From: Candidatus Magnetobacterium cryptolimnobacter
GTDB lineage: Bacteria; Nitrospirota; Thermodesulfovibrionia; Thermodesulfovibrionales; Magnetobacteriaceae
DNA length: 30,811 nt
Direction of reading: 5' to 3'
Assembly: GCA_018606785.1 (NCBI GenBank)
Contig: JAGYWH010000099.1
Span: 1 to 30,811 of the forward strand
The translations under genes were made by a program, and so were the position numbers. Below are positions 1-8,850 of this stretch, in pieces (the stretch's first letter is position 1; every line of letters begins with the position of its first letter). The notes below the pieces were generated by a model. The model ran no database searches and was not told where the DNA came from. It worked only from the letters and a program-made list of their open reading frames with translations.

Positions 1-54
1 CTGATAAGGTCTCAGACCCGTCTTAAAGTTGTAGATACACGCCATTTTTTTCAT
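1..54 (-). CDS. 5' end (first ~18 codons, MKKMACIYNFKTGLRPYQ...) of a minus-strand gene that runs out of the window; product unknown
   Basis: ATG at 52-54 on the minus strand, preceded by AGGGA Shine-Dalgarno. The open frame continues to the window edge. Too short to classify. Confidence 0.3.
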   Translation of the reverse strand, partial: MKKMACIYNFKTGLRPYQ

Positions 55-261
55 ATCCCTGGAAACACGCATCCATATTGGCTTTTTTCCTGATGCTGTA
101 TCTACCCACCCAAAACCCAAGTCTGGCAGGATGGCTCAAACGGTGACGTCTACATGTGGTTCATGGACGGTAACACGATCAGCTCCGGGGGCTACGTGGA
201 TCAGGGCGTGCCAAGTGAGTGGAGCATCTACTAACGCGGATAGAGAGCAGGGGGCGTATTG

Positions 262-308
262 TGGCCGGAGCGGATCGCACCCGCAACCCCCTTCTCTCTT
301 TTCTTTTT
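262..308 (+). repeat. Degenerate or partial copy (tail module only) of the GC-rich intergenic repeat family
   Basis: ...gcacccgcaacccccttctctcttttctttttt resembles the GCCGCCCC-TTTCTTTCTT tail of full copies. It lies immediately 3' of thiC. Confidence 0.25.
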
Positions 309-1591
309 TAGCCGTAGAGGGCACGCTGCACGGTCTTGATGGCACATAAATCCGCACACATACTGCATACCTCCGATTGTGCAGGCGGCATGTGAGAGCG
401 CATGGCTCGAACCTTGTCGGGGTTAAAGGACAGCGATATCTGCCCCTCCCAATCGAGTTTCTTCCTGTAGCGCGCCATCTGCCTGTCCCTGTCTATGGCT
501 GACTGTATGCCCTTGGAAATGTCCGCTGCATGGGCCGCTATCTTGGACGCTATAACACCCTCGATAACGTCGTCGATATCCGGGAGCCGGACGTGCTCCG
601 ATGGAGTAACGTAACAAAGGAAATCCGCCCCTGCTGCCCCGGCTATGGCCCCTCCGATGGCCGAAGTTATGTGGTCGTAACCAACGCCAACGTCCGTCAC
701 CAACGGCCCCAGGACGTAAAACGGCGCCCCGCTGCACAACGACTTCTGCAGCTTGATGTTCATCTCCACCTGATGCAACGGAACGTGCCCGGGCCCCTCG
801 ATGATGCTCTGAACCCCGTGCTCCAACGCCGTCTTTTGCAATTTGCCAAGCGTGATAAGCTCCTGCACCTGTGCCCTGTCCGTGGCGTCGGCCAGACAGC
901 CCGGACGCAGGCCATCACCAAGGCTCAGGGTGAGGTCGTAGCGTTTGGCAAGCTCAAGAAGGCGGTCGTACTGCTCATAGAGCGGATTTTCTTTGTTGTT
1001 GTAGACCATCCACTCAAGCAGGAGCGACCCGCCGCGACTTACGATATCCAGCTCACGTCTCTGTGCCTTGAGGTGTTCTATGGCGCTGAGTGTCAGCCCA
1101 CAGTGGACGGTGACAAAGTCCACGCCCTCCTTCGCCTGCAACTCTATGACGTCAAAGAGGTCATCGGCGGTCATCTTAAAGATGTTGCCATGTCGCTCGA
1201 TAGTGGCAACGGCGGCCTCGTATATAGGCACCGTGCCAATGGAGACTGGGGATTTTTCGGTGAGACTGCGGCGCAGCTCCCTGATCGGGCCGCCGGTTGA
1301 GAGGTCCATCACCGCATCCGAGCCGTACTTTACCAGCATGGCGAGTTTGCCCAGCTCTTCCTCCACCGATACGTGGTCCTTGGACGTGCCAATGTTGGCG
1401 TTTATCTTTGTAGTCATCCCCTTGCCAATCCCCAGCGGCTTGATGTTGCGTAGCGTGTTTCTTGATACCACGGTGTAACCATTGGCTATATCGGCTGAGA
1501 CTGTCTCTGGTGATAGTCCTTCGGCAATTGCTACCTGTCTGACCTCTTCTGTTATTATACCCTTGCGGGCCTCATCTATTCTCGTAATCAT
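308..1591 (-). CDS. thiC: Phosphomethylpyrimidine synthase ThiC (HMP-P synthase, radical SAM)
   Basis: 427 aa with ThiC-typical motifs (GVDFVTVHCGL; C-terminal CSMCADLCA cluster). ATG preceded by GGAG. The start overlaps the thiE stop (ATGA). Confidence 0.93.
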   Translation of the reverse strand: MITRIDEARKGIITEEVRQVAIAEGLSPETVSADIANGYTVVSRNTLRNIKPLGIGKGMTTKINANIGTSKDHVSVEEELGKLAMLVKYGSDAVMDLSTGGPIRELRRSLTEKSPVSIGTVPIYEAAVATIERHGNIFKMTADDLFDVIELQAKEGVDFVTVHCGLTLSAIEHLKAQRRELDIVSRGGSLLLEWMVYNNKENPLYEQYDRLLELAKRYDLTLSLGDGLRPGCLADATDRAQVQELITLGKLQKTALEHGVQSIIEGPGHVPLHQVEMNIKLQKSLCSGAPFYVLGPLVTDVGVGYDHITSAIGGAIAGAAGADFLCYVTPSEHVRLPDIDDVIEGVIASKIAAHAADISKGIQSAIDRDRQMARYRKKLDWEGQISLSFNPDKVRAMRSHMPPAQSEVCSMCADLCAIKTVQRALYG

Positions 1592-2205
1592 AGTGACTCC
1601 AAATATTTTTTTGTCGCATCAAAGACACTATCACCTGACAGTATCCCAGAAATGACGGCAATGCCGTCAGCCCCGCTCCCCATAACATCCCCAACGTTGT
1701 CCACCTTGATCCCTCCGATGGCAAACACGGGGACCTTAACCTTTTTCCTGACCTTCTGAAGCGTCTCTATTGCCACGGGGGCGCCGTACATCAGCTTGGA
1801 GGGCGTTTCATAGACCGGCCCCAGCGTTATAAAATCGGCCCCCTTTTTGGCCGCATCCGTTGCCTCATCCAGGCCGTGGGTTGACTGACCGATCAACATC
1901 TTATCCCCCACCACCCCACGCACCACCGGGATAGGCATGCTGCTCTGCCCCAGATGAACGCCATCGGCCCCCACCAGGAGCGCCACGTCAACCCTGTCGT
2001 TGATAAACAACCTGGCACCATACCTGGCTGACAGTTCCCTGAGTTTCGTTGCAAGGGCCAACAGCTCCCTGCCGGTCATGTCCTTTTCCCGCAGTTGTAC
2101 GGCCTTAAGCCCCGCCCTGAACGCCTCCTCAACGGCCTCTTCAAGCGGGACTTTGGTGGCCTTCCTGTCCGTGATCAGGCACAGTCTGAAGTCAATCGTC
2201 TGCAT
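1588..2205 (-). CDS. thiE: Thiamine-phosphate synthase ThiE
   Basis: 205 aa, TMP-synthase fold signature (LCLITD...VQLREK...FINDRVDVAL..GADGVHLGQ). Its stop TGA overlaps the thiC ATG. Confidence 0.9.
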   Translation of the reverse strand: MQTIDFRLCLITDRKATKVPLEEAVEEAFRAGLKAVQLREKDMTGRELLALATKLRELSARYGARLFINDRVDVALLVGADGVHLGQSSMPIPVVRGVVGDKMLIGQSTHGLDEATDAAKKGADFITLGPVYETPSKLMYGAPVAIETLQKVRKKVKVPVFAIGGIKVDNVGDVMGSGADGIAVISGILSGDSVFDATKKYLESL

Positions 2206-2214
2206 GGTTTATAG

Positions 2215-2988
2215 TTACAGCAACATGCCGTCAAGTGGACTGCTTGCCGTTGCGTAGAGCTTCTTTGCAATCCGCCCGGCCTTGTGTGCGTATCGTCCGG
2301 CGATGACGGCGTGTTTCATGGCCCCGGCCATGGCGATGGGGTCCTTTGCCCCCGCAATGCCGGTGTTTATGAGCACGGCGTCGCACCCAAGCTCCATGGC
2401 AATGGCCGCATCCGAGGCCGTCCCCACACCGGCGTCAACGACAATCGGAAGGTCTACCGTTTCGATGATTATCTTGATATTGTACGGGTTTCGTATCCCC
2501 AGCCCCGACCCAATGGGTGCTCCCAGCGGCATCACGGCGGCTGCCCCGGCATCGGCCAGGCGTTTTGCCGTTATGGGGTCGTCGCTGGTATAGGGCAGGA
2601 CTATAAAACCCTCCTTGGCAAGCACCTCCGTCGCCTTTAAGAGCGCACACACGTCTGGAAACAGTGTTCTATCGTCGCCGATGACCTCCAGTTTCACGAG
2701 GTCCGTCTCACATGCCTCGCGGCCCAGTCTGGCGTATCTGAGGGCGTCCTCGATCGTGTAGCACCCTGCCGTGTTAGGCAGTATCTTGTACTTTTTGGGG
2801 TCAATGAAGTCAAACAGGGCCGGCTGACTCCTGTCCGTGAGGTTGACCCTGCGTATGGCAACGGTGACAACGTCCGCACCGGATGCCTCTATGGCCCTGG
2901 CTGTTTCCTCGAAGTCCTTGTACTTGCCGGTTCCTACCCACAGCCTTGAACTAAATTCTATGCCTCTGATGACGAGTCTGTCTTGCAT
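2215..2988 (-). CDS. thiG: Thiazole synthase ThiG
   Basis: 257 aa, ThiG signature ([19 protein letters not shown]; TIM barrel; LPYTSDDP). Located 9 bp upstream of thiE on the same strand. Confidence 0.92.
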   Translation of the reverse strand: MQDRLVIRGIEFSSRLWVGTGKYKDFEETARAIEASGADVVTVAIRRVNLTDRSQPALFDFIDPKKYKILPNTAGCYTIEDALRYARLGREACETDLVKLEVIGDDRTLFPDVCALLKATEVLAKEGFIVLPYTSDDPITAKRLADAGAAAVMPLGAPIGSGLGIRNPYNIKIIIETVDLPIVVDAGVGTASDAAIAMELGCDAVLINTGIAGAKDPIAMAGAMKHAVIAGRYAHKAGRIAKKLYATASSPLDGMLL

Positions 2989-3058
2989 CGCGTCTCCTTC
3001 TTATTGCCCATCAACATAATTTGATATTATGATACGAAAATCTCTCAACTCACGGTCT

Positions 3059-3088
3059 ATTATCTGAGATTACACACCGAAATGTCAA
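3059..3088 (-). promoter_or_regulatory. Putative sigma70-type promoter of the thiG-thiE-thiC operon
   Basis: On the minus strand: TTGACA, then 18 nt, then GATAAT, about 75 nt upstream of the thiG ATG. The leader is too short for a TPP riboswitch. Confidence 0.3.
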
Positions 3089-3114
3089 GCAGAAAAGGCA
3101 GAAAAAGAAAAGAC

Positions 3115-3209
3115 AAACAAAGAAGGGGGCGGTTCCGCTTCTTTGTCGCTCCAGGACGCCTGGCCCCCCTCAGACCCCCACGCAAGGGGTCACGGACCCC
3201 TTGACCCCT
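3115..3209 (-). repeat. GC-rich bipartite palindromic intergenic repeat, long form (copy R1)
   Basis: Reverse complement reads GGGGTCAAGGGGTCCGTGACCCCTTGCG...GGGGGCCAGGCGTCCTGGAGCGACAAAGAAGCGGAACCGCCCCCTTCTT. It shares the long-form insert with the copy at 4968-5084. Confidence 0.85.
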
Positions 3210-3316
3210 TTATAACCTCATTTCAGCGGTACTCAGAACAGGGGGAGGTTTAGGTATGCGCTCCATTATTTATGCATAGTAACCTTGTAAATTATATTGA
3301 ACACTAATCACAGCCA

Positions 3317-3703
3317 TCATGGGATGTTTTTTTTAACGGTTACAATGTAGGGCGTAGATGTTGAGTCTGGAAATTTAATATATGGATATTGGCCAATCCT
3401 GTCGGCTTTTTCGAAATACTTATGTAACATATCTGAATTTTCTTTATTAAAAGTTGCAACTGCTATCTCAAACTCTTCACCAATGTTACGTGGAATACCA
3501 ACAGTTGCAATTGCTTGCCAGTTATTTCCTTTTACTGTCGCTATTGGTTGTGGCCACCATCGCCCTTTTAGGGTTTTTACATGCAAAAAAATCCATATAT
3601 CATCGTTATTATTAGCAGTATAATTGACAGTTCCTATCACTTTCAGCGCACACCCAACGGAGTTACCTTCTTCAGGTGATGTAATTTTAACGTATCCTCT
3701 CAA
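3317..3703 (-). CDS. Hypothetical protein (128 aa) in an AT-rich islet
   Basis: Long ORF in a roughly 35-40% GC segment (3.3-4.9 kb) contrasting with about 55% GC neighbours. No motif recognised. Confidence 0.5.
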   Translation of the reverse strand: MRGYVKITSPEEGNSVGCALKVIGTVNYTANNNDDIWIFLHVKTLKGRWWPQPIATVKGNNWQAIATVGIPRNIGEEFEIAVATFNKENSDMLHKYFEKADRIGQYPYIKFPDSTSTPYIVTVKKNIP

Positions 3704-3740
3704 AAAAGCAGGGTAATTTTTATTTCACGTTTAAAAGGCA

Positions 3741-3816
3741 TGGATTCCTGCTTTCGCAGGAATGACAATTACAGCCGTTTTCTAAGTGTGTCATTTCTTG
3801 CTTGACCAGGAATCCA
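3741..3816. repeat. MITE-like repeat, family 2 (copy M1): TIR TGGATTCC...GGAATCCA with nested hairpins
   Basis: tggattcctgctttcgcaggaatgaca...gtcatttcttgcttgaccaggaatcca. Closely similar to 21398-21476, with the same TIRs, ATTCCTGC/GCAGGAAT hairpin and internal GTCATT. Confidence 0.7.
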
Positions 3817-3834
3817 GTATACGTAAAAGTATAG

Positions 3835-4488
3835 TTACCATGAAATATAAAGAAGATACATTTTAACTTTATTGTAAGATTCTTCAAATAGCTCACTTGC
3901 TTTCTTTGGATTTGTTTCTATCTTGTCTTCAGCATCTTTCAACTTAGGTTGGTTGGGGAATCCTTCTCCGTGTACCTGAATAAGAGCAAGCTTATAGTAA
4001 AACGCTGAACTTGAATAGTGCTTATCGTTATAAGATTTCTCTGCCGCTTTAAGTAAACTTTGATTTAATTCAGCTGATCGTGGGTCTTGGAATCCTTCGC
4101 TCATACCATTCATATAACATGGTTGAATATACTTATTACGTATAAATTGCTTGTATGCATCATCATTTTTTATATATTTTTCCATAGCTCTTTCTGCAAT
4201 AGTTATAATATCCAAATCGAAACTGCCTGTTTTGCAATTTATTTCTTTATCCTTTAGTAAACTCAAGATACTGTTCACGGATACTATTGAAGATAAATCT
4301 GAATTTAACGTGTCTTGTTTTTTTTGATATTCATAAATTTCTATGGCTATTATAATGCTCAAGACGGTAAGCAAAACACCAAGTATGCCTATCATTATCT
4401 CGCTAAATGGGGCAAGATACAAAGCCTTTTTTCTTAACCGATTCCAAAAACCTATCTCTTCAGTTTCCATTGCCATAATGTCCTCCAA
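3835..4488 (-). CDS. Hypothetical single-pass membrane protein (217 aa) in the AT-rich islet
   Basis: One predicted TM helix (IMIGILGVLLTVLSIIIAIEIY) followed by a roughly 160-aa soluble domain. No recognised motifs. Low GC. Confidence 0.5.
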   Translation of the reverse strand: MEDIMAMETEEIGFWNRLRKKALYLAPFSEIMIGILGVLLTVLSIIIAIEIYEYQKKQDTLNSDLSSIVSVNSILSLLKDKEINCKTGSFDLDIITIAERAMEKYIKNDDAYKQFIRNKYIQPCYMNGMSEGFQDPRSAELNQSLLKAAEKSYNDKHYSSSAFYYKLALIQVHGEGFPNQPKLKDAEDKIETNPKKASELFEESYNKVKMYLLYISW

Positions 4489-4587
4489 CTCCTTATAACT
4501 AATAATATATGCAGATTATACCTGCTGATGCTCACACCGATAGCTATGAACACCAATTTAATGATAGACTACTTAAAACAAAAAAAT

Positions 4588-4722
4588 CCAGTGAATTTTA
4601 CTTCACATGTTTTATGACACTGCCATATGAGCACCCTGACGTAAAACGTTGTAAAATGCGGTGTAAGATGTATTCTTAGAGGTCCGGGCAGGTATCTAAT
4701 GTGTGAAGTTTACTTCACTGGA
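4588..4722. promoter_or_regulatory. Pair of 16-bp palindromic operator-like sites (GTGAA-N6-TTCAC) about 110 bp apart, upstream of the 3835-4488 gene
   Basis: Site 1 at 4591-4606 is gtgaattttacttcac. Site 2 at 4703-4718 is gtgaagtttacttcac (7/8 dyad). Both sit within flanking ccagtgaa...ttcacatg context in inverted orientation. Confidence 0.3.
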
Positions 4723-4967
4723 ACTTATCCGACTATTAAATTTAAGATAATCTGACACTGGAGTACTCGTAACCTGGCTGCTTAACGGCGCAGGCTTTCC
4801 CTCTGGCAAAATCGTTGCAACCGTGCCGGAACGGTGGGATATCAGATGAAAACAGCAATTATGGTTTAACGGACTAAATCAATGCCTGAACCACGAGTTG
4901 ACGGATTAAGTGATTATACTGAAATGACACAGGTTTTTTCAGGCATGATATTTGAGCGTGAAATAAT

Positions 4968-5084
4968 GGGGTCAAGGGGACTTCTTCGTGGCCGGGGCGC
5001 CTCGCCCCTCCCCTTGCGGGGGGTTCTGAAGGGGGCCAGGTGCGACCTGGAGCGACAAGAAGCGGAGCCGCCCCTTTCTTTCTT
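4968..5084 (+). repeat. GC-rich bipartite palindromic intergenic repeat, long form (copy R2)
   Basis: GGGGTCAAGGGGAC[ttcttcgtggccggggcgcctcgcccctc]CCCTTGCGGGGGGTTCTGAAGGGGGCCAGGTGCGACCTGGAGCGACAAGAAGCGGAGCCGCCCCTTTCTTTCTT. Lies between the islet gene and the waaA 3' end. Confidence 0.9.
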
Positions 5085-5176
5085 GTATGCAAGCAATTTT
5101 GATACCCGAAAAAACCCGAATCCGAATCAGTATATAAAGTGATTACTCCTGGTTCAGACAATCTCCATCGAAGGGT

Positions 5177-6427
5177 TCACCCTGCCGCCAGCACCTGCGC
5201 TATCTCCTTTACGCACCGTGCCAGGGCGCCGGAGTTCCTTGTGTACAAGTCCCTGGCCACAGTCCCCATGCGTTGACGCAATGCGCTATCAGCAAGCAAC
5301 ATTGCCAGAGTGTCACGGAGGCTGTCGGCAGTCACGCTAATGGCGGCGCCCTGCTGGATGAATTCCCCTGTCATGGGGAAGTTGTCCATGTGCGGGCCGC
5401 AGACGATCGGCACCCCCCACGAGGCCGGTTCCAGGAGATTGTGTCCGCCCTTTGGCACAAAACTGCCACCCATGACGGCGACCTGCCCTGCCCCGTAGAC
5501 CGCAGCCAACTCCCCGACGCTATCTAGCAGTATCACGTCCGATTGAGGCAACTCACCAGTAAACATGCTTCGCCGCAAACAGCGCAGCCCAGCACGTTTA
5601 ATCAACCGCTCCGCCTCGTCAAAACGCTGCGGGTGTCGCGGGGCAAGTATCAACACCACCCCTGCAAACTGCTCCCTGAGACGCTTAAAGGCCGCCAGTA
5701 CGATTTCCTCCTCGCCCTCGTGCGTGGAGCCGGCCACAATCACCGGCCCTGACAACTGCCCTGCCCACGCAGGGACAACCGTCGGTGGTTCGATGTCGTA
5801 CTTGAGGTTGCCAACGACCTTTACACGACTCTCATCGGCGCCAATATCTATGATTCGTTGGGCGTAGACCTCGTTCTGCATTCCAAAGAGGGTCACCATA
5901 GACAGAACGTTTTTCATGAAGAACCTTATCTTTCGGTACCCATTGTACGAGTTGGAGGAGATGCGGCCATTGAGAACTACCACAGGCGTGTTGTGTGCGT
6001 GCATGGTATGAAAGACCCCCGGCCACAGCTCGGTCTCCATCGCAATAAAGATATCCGGCCTGAGACTCTTAACGGCCCCTCTGGCCGTGTACGGCAGATC
6101 AAAGGGGATGTAGATGAGCCTCACGCTGTCTTGAAGGCGCTGTTTGGCCACGGCCTGACCGGTATCGGTGACCGTTGAGACAACAACGTTTGGGGTGAGT
6201 TCATGCAATATCTTATTGACAAGCGGCACGGCGGATATGACCTCACCCACTGACACGGCGTGCAGCCAAACCACAGGGGCACCCTTGGACTTCCAGCCCT
6301 CGGATGGCTGATTGCCGCACCGCTGCGACAGCCACCGCTTTCTGAGCGATTCAGGTCGCTTGAGATACTCAAAGGGAAGCAACAGAGACAACGCCCCCGT
6401 ATACAAGGCATTATACAAAAACATCAT
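5177..6427 (-). CDS. waaA: 3-deoxy-D-manno-octulosonic acid (Kdo) transferase WaaA/KdtA
   Basis: 416 aa, collinear with E. coli WaaA (N-terminal membrane anchor, RKRW...GE motif, HAVSVGE, METELWP, GGHNxLEPA). Confidence 0.9.
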   Translation of the reverse strand: MMFLYNALYTGALSLLLPFEYLKRPESLRKRWLSQRCGNQPSEGWKSKGAPVVWLHAVSVGEVISAVPLVNKILHELTPNVVVSTVTDTGQAVAKQRLQDSVRLIYIPFDLPYTARGAVKSLRPDIFIAMETELWPGVFHTMHAHNTPVVVLNGRISSNSYNGYRKIRFFMKNVLSMVTLFGMQNEVYAQRIIDIGADESRVKVVGNLKYDIEPPTVVPAWAGQLSGPVIVAGSTHEGEEEIVLAAFKRLREQFAGVVLILAPRHPQRFDEAERLIKRAGLRCLRRSMFTGELPQSDVILLDSVGELAAVYGAGQVAVMGGSFVPKGGHNLLEPASWGVPIVCGPHMDNFPMTGEFIQQGAAISVTADSLRDTLAMLLADSALRQRMGTVARDLYTRNSGALARCVKEIAQVLAAG

Positions 6428-6582
6428 CGCTCAGGCAACAAGGTCATTTAGTTTGGACATTGCTTTCCTTTCGCATATTTTATAGCTTCCTGTAAACAGT
6501 TACAATCAATGTTAGGGTTTATTGATAAGAATTTAGCTGCTTTAATTCTAACATAGCCGGATGATATAGTCAAGGATTTTTT

Positions 6583-6613
6583 TTAGCAGTTTTTCGCCAT
6601 CGTATAGTATAAT
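6583..6613 (+). promoter_or_regulatory. Putative promoter of the Rpn-like gene (TATAAT 6 nt upstream of ATG, implying a leaderless transcript)
   Basis: TATAAT at 6608-6613, weak -35 TTAGCA 19 nt upstream, ATG at 6620. Confidence 0.25.
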
Positions 6614-6619
6614 AAGACT

Positions 6620-7573
6620 ATGGATACACCAACAGGGTCAGGGATTTACGACAAGATCATCAAGGAGTTGCTTGAGGATATAGAGCAACCCCTGATAGAA
6701 AAGGTCTTGGGGATCAAGGCCGATAAGATAAGCAAGCTCAACGTCATAACGCAACTAACAGACGAGCGTGAGGCGGATTTCGTCATCAAGGTGGAAAACC
6801 GTGATGAACCGTTCTTTATCGCACATGCTGAGATTCAGAGTACCAATGATCCAAAGATGTTAAAGAGGATGCTGCGGTACTTTGTCCATCTCTATTCGGT
6901 ACACGAGGTCATAATAAAGCAGTACGTTGTTTTCATAGGCAAGGACAAGATGGCAATGAACAACGCCCTGGACATGCCAGGCGTTCATTACGAATACAAT
7001 TTGATCGATATCAGAAATATCCCCTGCGAGCGGTTTTTATACTCAGGGGTGCCTAAGGAGATAGTTCTTTCCGTATTGTGTAATAGAGGGGATCGTGATG
7101 AGCGGTCATTTGCGAGGGAGATATTAAAGGAGTTAGTGGTAAACGTCATCGGAGGACTAGACCTGTCGATGTATATAAAGGAAGTAGAGGTCTTTTCAAA
7201 GTTGAGAGACATGCAAAAAATCATAATAGAGGAGGTGGATAAAATGCCAATAGTATACGACCTGGAAACGGATATAAGGTTCATGCAAGGAGTGCAGAAG
7301 GGCATAGAGAATGGCCGCTTGGAAGGTTTGACAGAAGGTCAGGTGAAAGGCCGCTTGGAAGGCCGCCTGGAAGGCTTGACAGAAGGTCAGGTGAAAGGCC
7401 GGTTAGAAGCTATGCACAGCATGATCGAGGTTTTGTTGAGGCGAAAATTTGGCGCAAGAGGTTTATCCCTTATGCCTAAGATCAGAATGAAAGATGATGA
7501 GTCGAGGCTCTATGCAATAACGGATGCGTTGATAACGGCAAATGACATCATGGAGATTGAAGACTTGCTCTGA
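6620..7573 (+). CDS. Rpn-family recombination-promoting nuclease / putative transposase (YhgA-like, PF04754) with a DUF4351-like C-terminus
   Basis: AEIQSTNDPKMLKRMLRY matches the IEHQSSPDKHMPLRMLRY core of E. coli RpnA. The C-terminus has (G-x-L/Q-E-G) repeats followed by LLRRKFG...L...IMEIEDL. The gene is about 46% GC and on the opposite strand, between lpxB and waaA. Confidence 0.75.
   Translation: MDTPTGSGIYDKIIKELLEDIEQPLIEKVLGIKADKISKLNVITQLTDEREADFVIKVENRDEPFFIAHAEIQSTNDPKMLKRMLRYFVHLYSVHEVIIKQYVVFIGKDKMAMNNALDMPGVHYEYNLIDIRNIPCERFLYSGVPKEIVLSVLCNRGDRDERSFAREILKELVVNVIGGLDLSMYIKEVEVFSKLRDMQKIIIEEVDKMPIVYDLETDIRFMQGVQKGIENGRLEGLTEGQVKGRLEGRLEGLTEGQVKGRLEAMHSMIEVLLRRKFGARGLSLMPKIRMKDDESRLYAITDALITANDIMEIEDLL
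7313..7408 (+). repeat. In-frame tandem repeat inside the Rpn-like gene (48 bp x2; 12-bp GGCCGCYTGGAA subunit x4), encoding GRLEGLTEGQVKGRLE twice
   Basis: ggccgcttggaaggtttgacagaaggtcaggtgaaaggccgcttggaa then ggccgcctggaaggcttgacagaaggtcaggtgaaaggccggttagaa. Seen directly in the sequence. Confidence 0.85.
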
Positions 7574-7695
7574 GATTGCCACCGTAATTTTAACTTAGTT
7601 GGTAGCTTCTTATTGCATGACAATCCTCCCCCCCTCTGTTAAGAAATGTCGGGGTAGCGATTACTTTGGTAAAGAACCAACACATGGCCATGTAC

Positions 7696-8832
7696 TTACT
7701 CCCTCACCATTTCGGTTATCATTTCGACGACCCGTTTGGTGGGGTCCTTGTGCTCATACATGGCCCTCAGACGGCCAAAGACGTTGAGCATCCTTGCGCG
7801 TACCTCATCGTCCCGATACAACCGCTCTACCTCGGTGGCAATCATCTCCGGGGTGGCCTCATCCTGGATCAACTCTCTGACTATTTCGGCATCGTGGATC
7901 AGGTTTACGAGGTTGATGTAGTTGACCCGTATGAGCATCCGCCCCGCATAGTAGGTAAAGGCCGACAACCGATAGATCACCACCATCGGCACCCCAATAA
8001 TGGCCGCCTGAAATGCCGCCGTCCCCGAGGCTACCACCGCCAGCGTGCTCACGGCAAGGACGTCAAGCGCCCGGTCGGCAACAATGACCACACCGAGGGA
8101 CTCCAACTCGGCCAGACTACCGGCATATCGGTTACGCTCCAGATGTGACACCAGCGGCATCAGATACTGAAACTCCGGATGTCTTGCCTTCAACAACCTC
8201 ACAGACTCAACCATCACTGGCAGATGCCTGTCCACCTCACTGTGCCTGCTCCCGGGCAGGAGCGCCACAACAGGCGCCTGCGGATTGAGCGAAAAACCCG
8301 CCAACAACGCATCCCTGTCAATGGGATGTCCCGTTATCTCCTCAATTACCGGATGGCCCACGAACTCACACTCTATGCCATGCTGTGCGTACACCGCCGG
8401 TTCAAAGGGCAACAGCACGGCTATCCTGTCCGTCAGACGTCCGATGGTCTTGATCCGCCCGCGCCTCCACGCCCATACTTGCGGGCTTACGTAGTACAAC
8501 ACCTTTATCCCGTGTTTTTTGGCGCTCCTGGCCACCCTGAGATTGAAGTCCGGAAAATCGATCAACACCAGCACATCCACCCTCAGCGTCTTAAACAGGC
8601 CGGTGATCTTTTTATACATGCGCCTCAGTGCCACAAGTGTCGATGCCGCCTCGATAAGCCCAAATGCCCCCGTTATGTAACCTACAAGCTCAACCCCGGC
8701 CTCCTCCATACCCTTGCCGCCTATGCCTATGAGGTTGACATTCGGCCATCGCTGCTTCAATTGCCTCGCAAGCAGCGTACCGTACAGTTCGCCGGATGCC
8801 TCCCCGGCGATTATCATTATCCTCGTCGGCAT
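7696..8832 (-). CDS. lpxB: Lipid-A-disaccharide synthase LpxB
   Basis: LpxB family (MPTRIMIIAGEASGELYG...). The ORF-track entry 7696-8955 is over-extended 5' through the repeat (GSAPPLPPCKGASPLDP is repeat-encoded). The first ATG after the repeat is at 8830-8832, preceded by TATAAT. Confidence 0.85.
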   Translation of the reverse strand: MPTRIMIIAGEASGELYGTLLARQLKQRWPNVNLIGIGGKGMEEAGVELVGYITGAFGLIEAASTLVALRRMYKKITGLFKTLRVDVLVLIDFPDFNLRVARSAKKHGIKVLYYVSPQVWAWRRGRIKTIGRLTDRIAVLLPFEPAVYAQHGIECEFVGHPVIEEITGHPIDRDALLAGFSLNPQAPVVALLPGSRHSEVDRHLPVMVESVRLLKARHPEFQYLMPLVSHLERNRYAGSLAELESLGVVIVADRALDVLAVSTLAVVASGTAAFQAAIIGVPMVVIYRLSAFTYYAGRMLIRVNYINLVNLIHDAEIVRELIQDEATPEMIATEVERLYRDDEVRARMLNVFGRLRAMYEHKDPTKRVVEMITEMVRE

Positions 8833-8850
8833 TACCCTTGTTGCATTATA

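Noticed and set aside
530-1478. Plus-strand ORFs 530-1300 and 1068-1478 (and similar antisense ORFs such as 2282-2640, 5273-6178, 7666-8886, 9422-10251, 10379-10828, 11095-12246, 13600-14484, 14943-15588, 22014-22523, 22926-23747, 24161-25699, 26319-27353, 28240-29126, 29814-30710)
   Set aside because: Each lies entirely antisense to a well-supported conserved gene (thiC, thiG, waaA, lpxB, DegT, oxidoreductase, trpD, trpG/E, flotillin, MCP, pabB-like, SBP, rSAM). They have low-complexity, Arg/Pro/Ser-rich translations typical of GC-rich antisense frames.
2989-3330. TPP riboswitch expected upstream of thiG
   Set aside because: Neither strand shows the conserved THI-box elements. The candidate promoter leaves only about 75 nt of leader, and the region is largely a GC-rich repeat copy. 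This could be settled with Infernal/Rfam RF00059.
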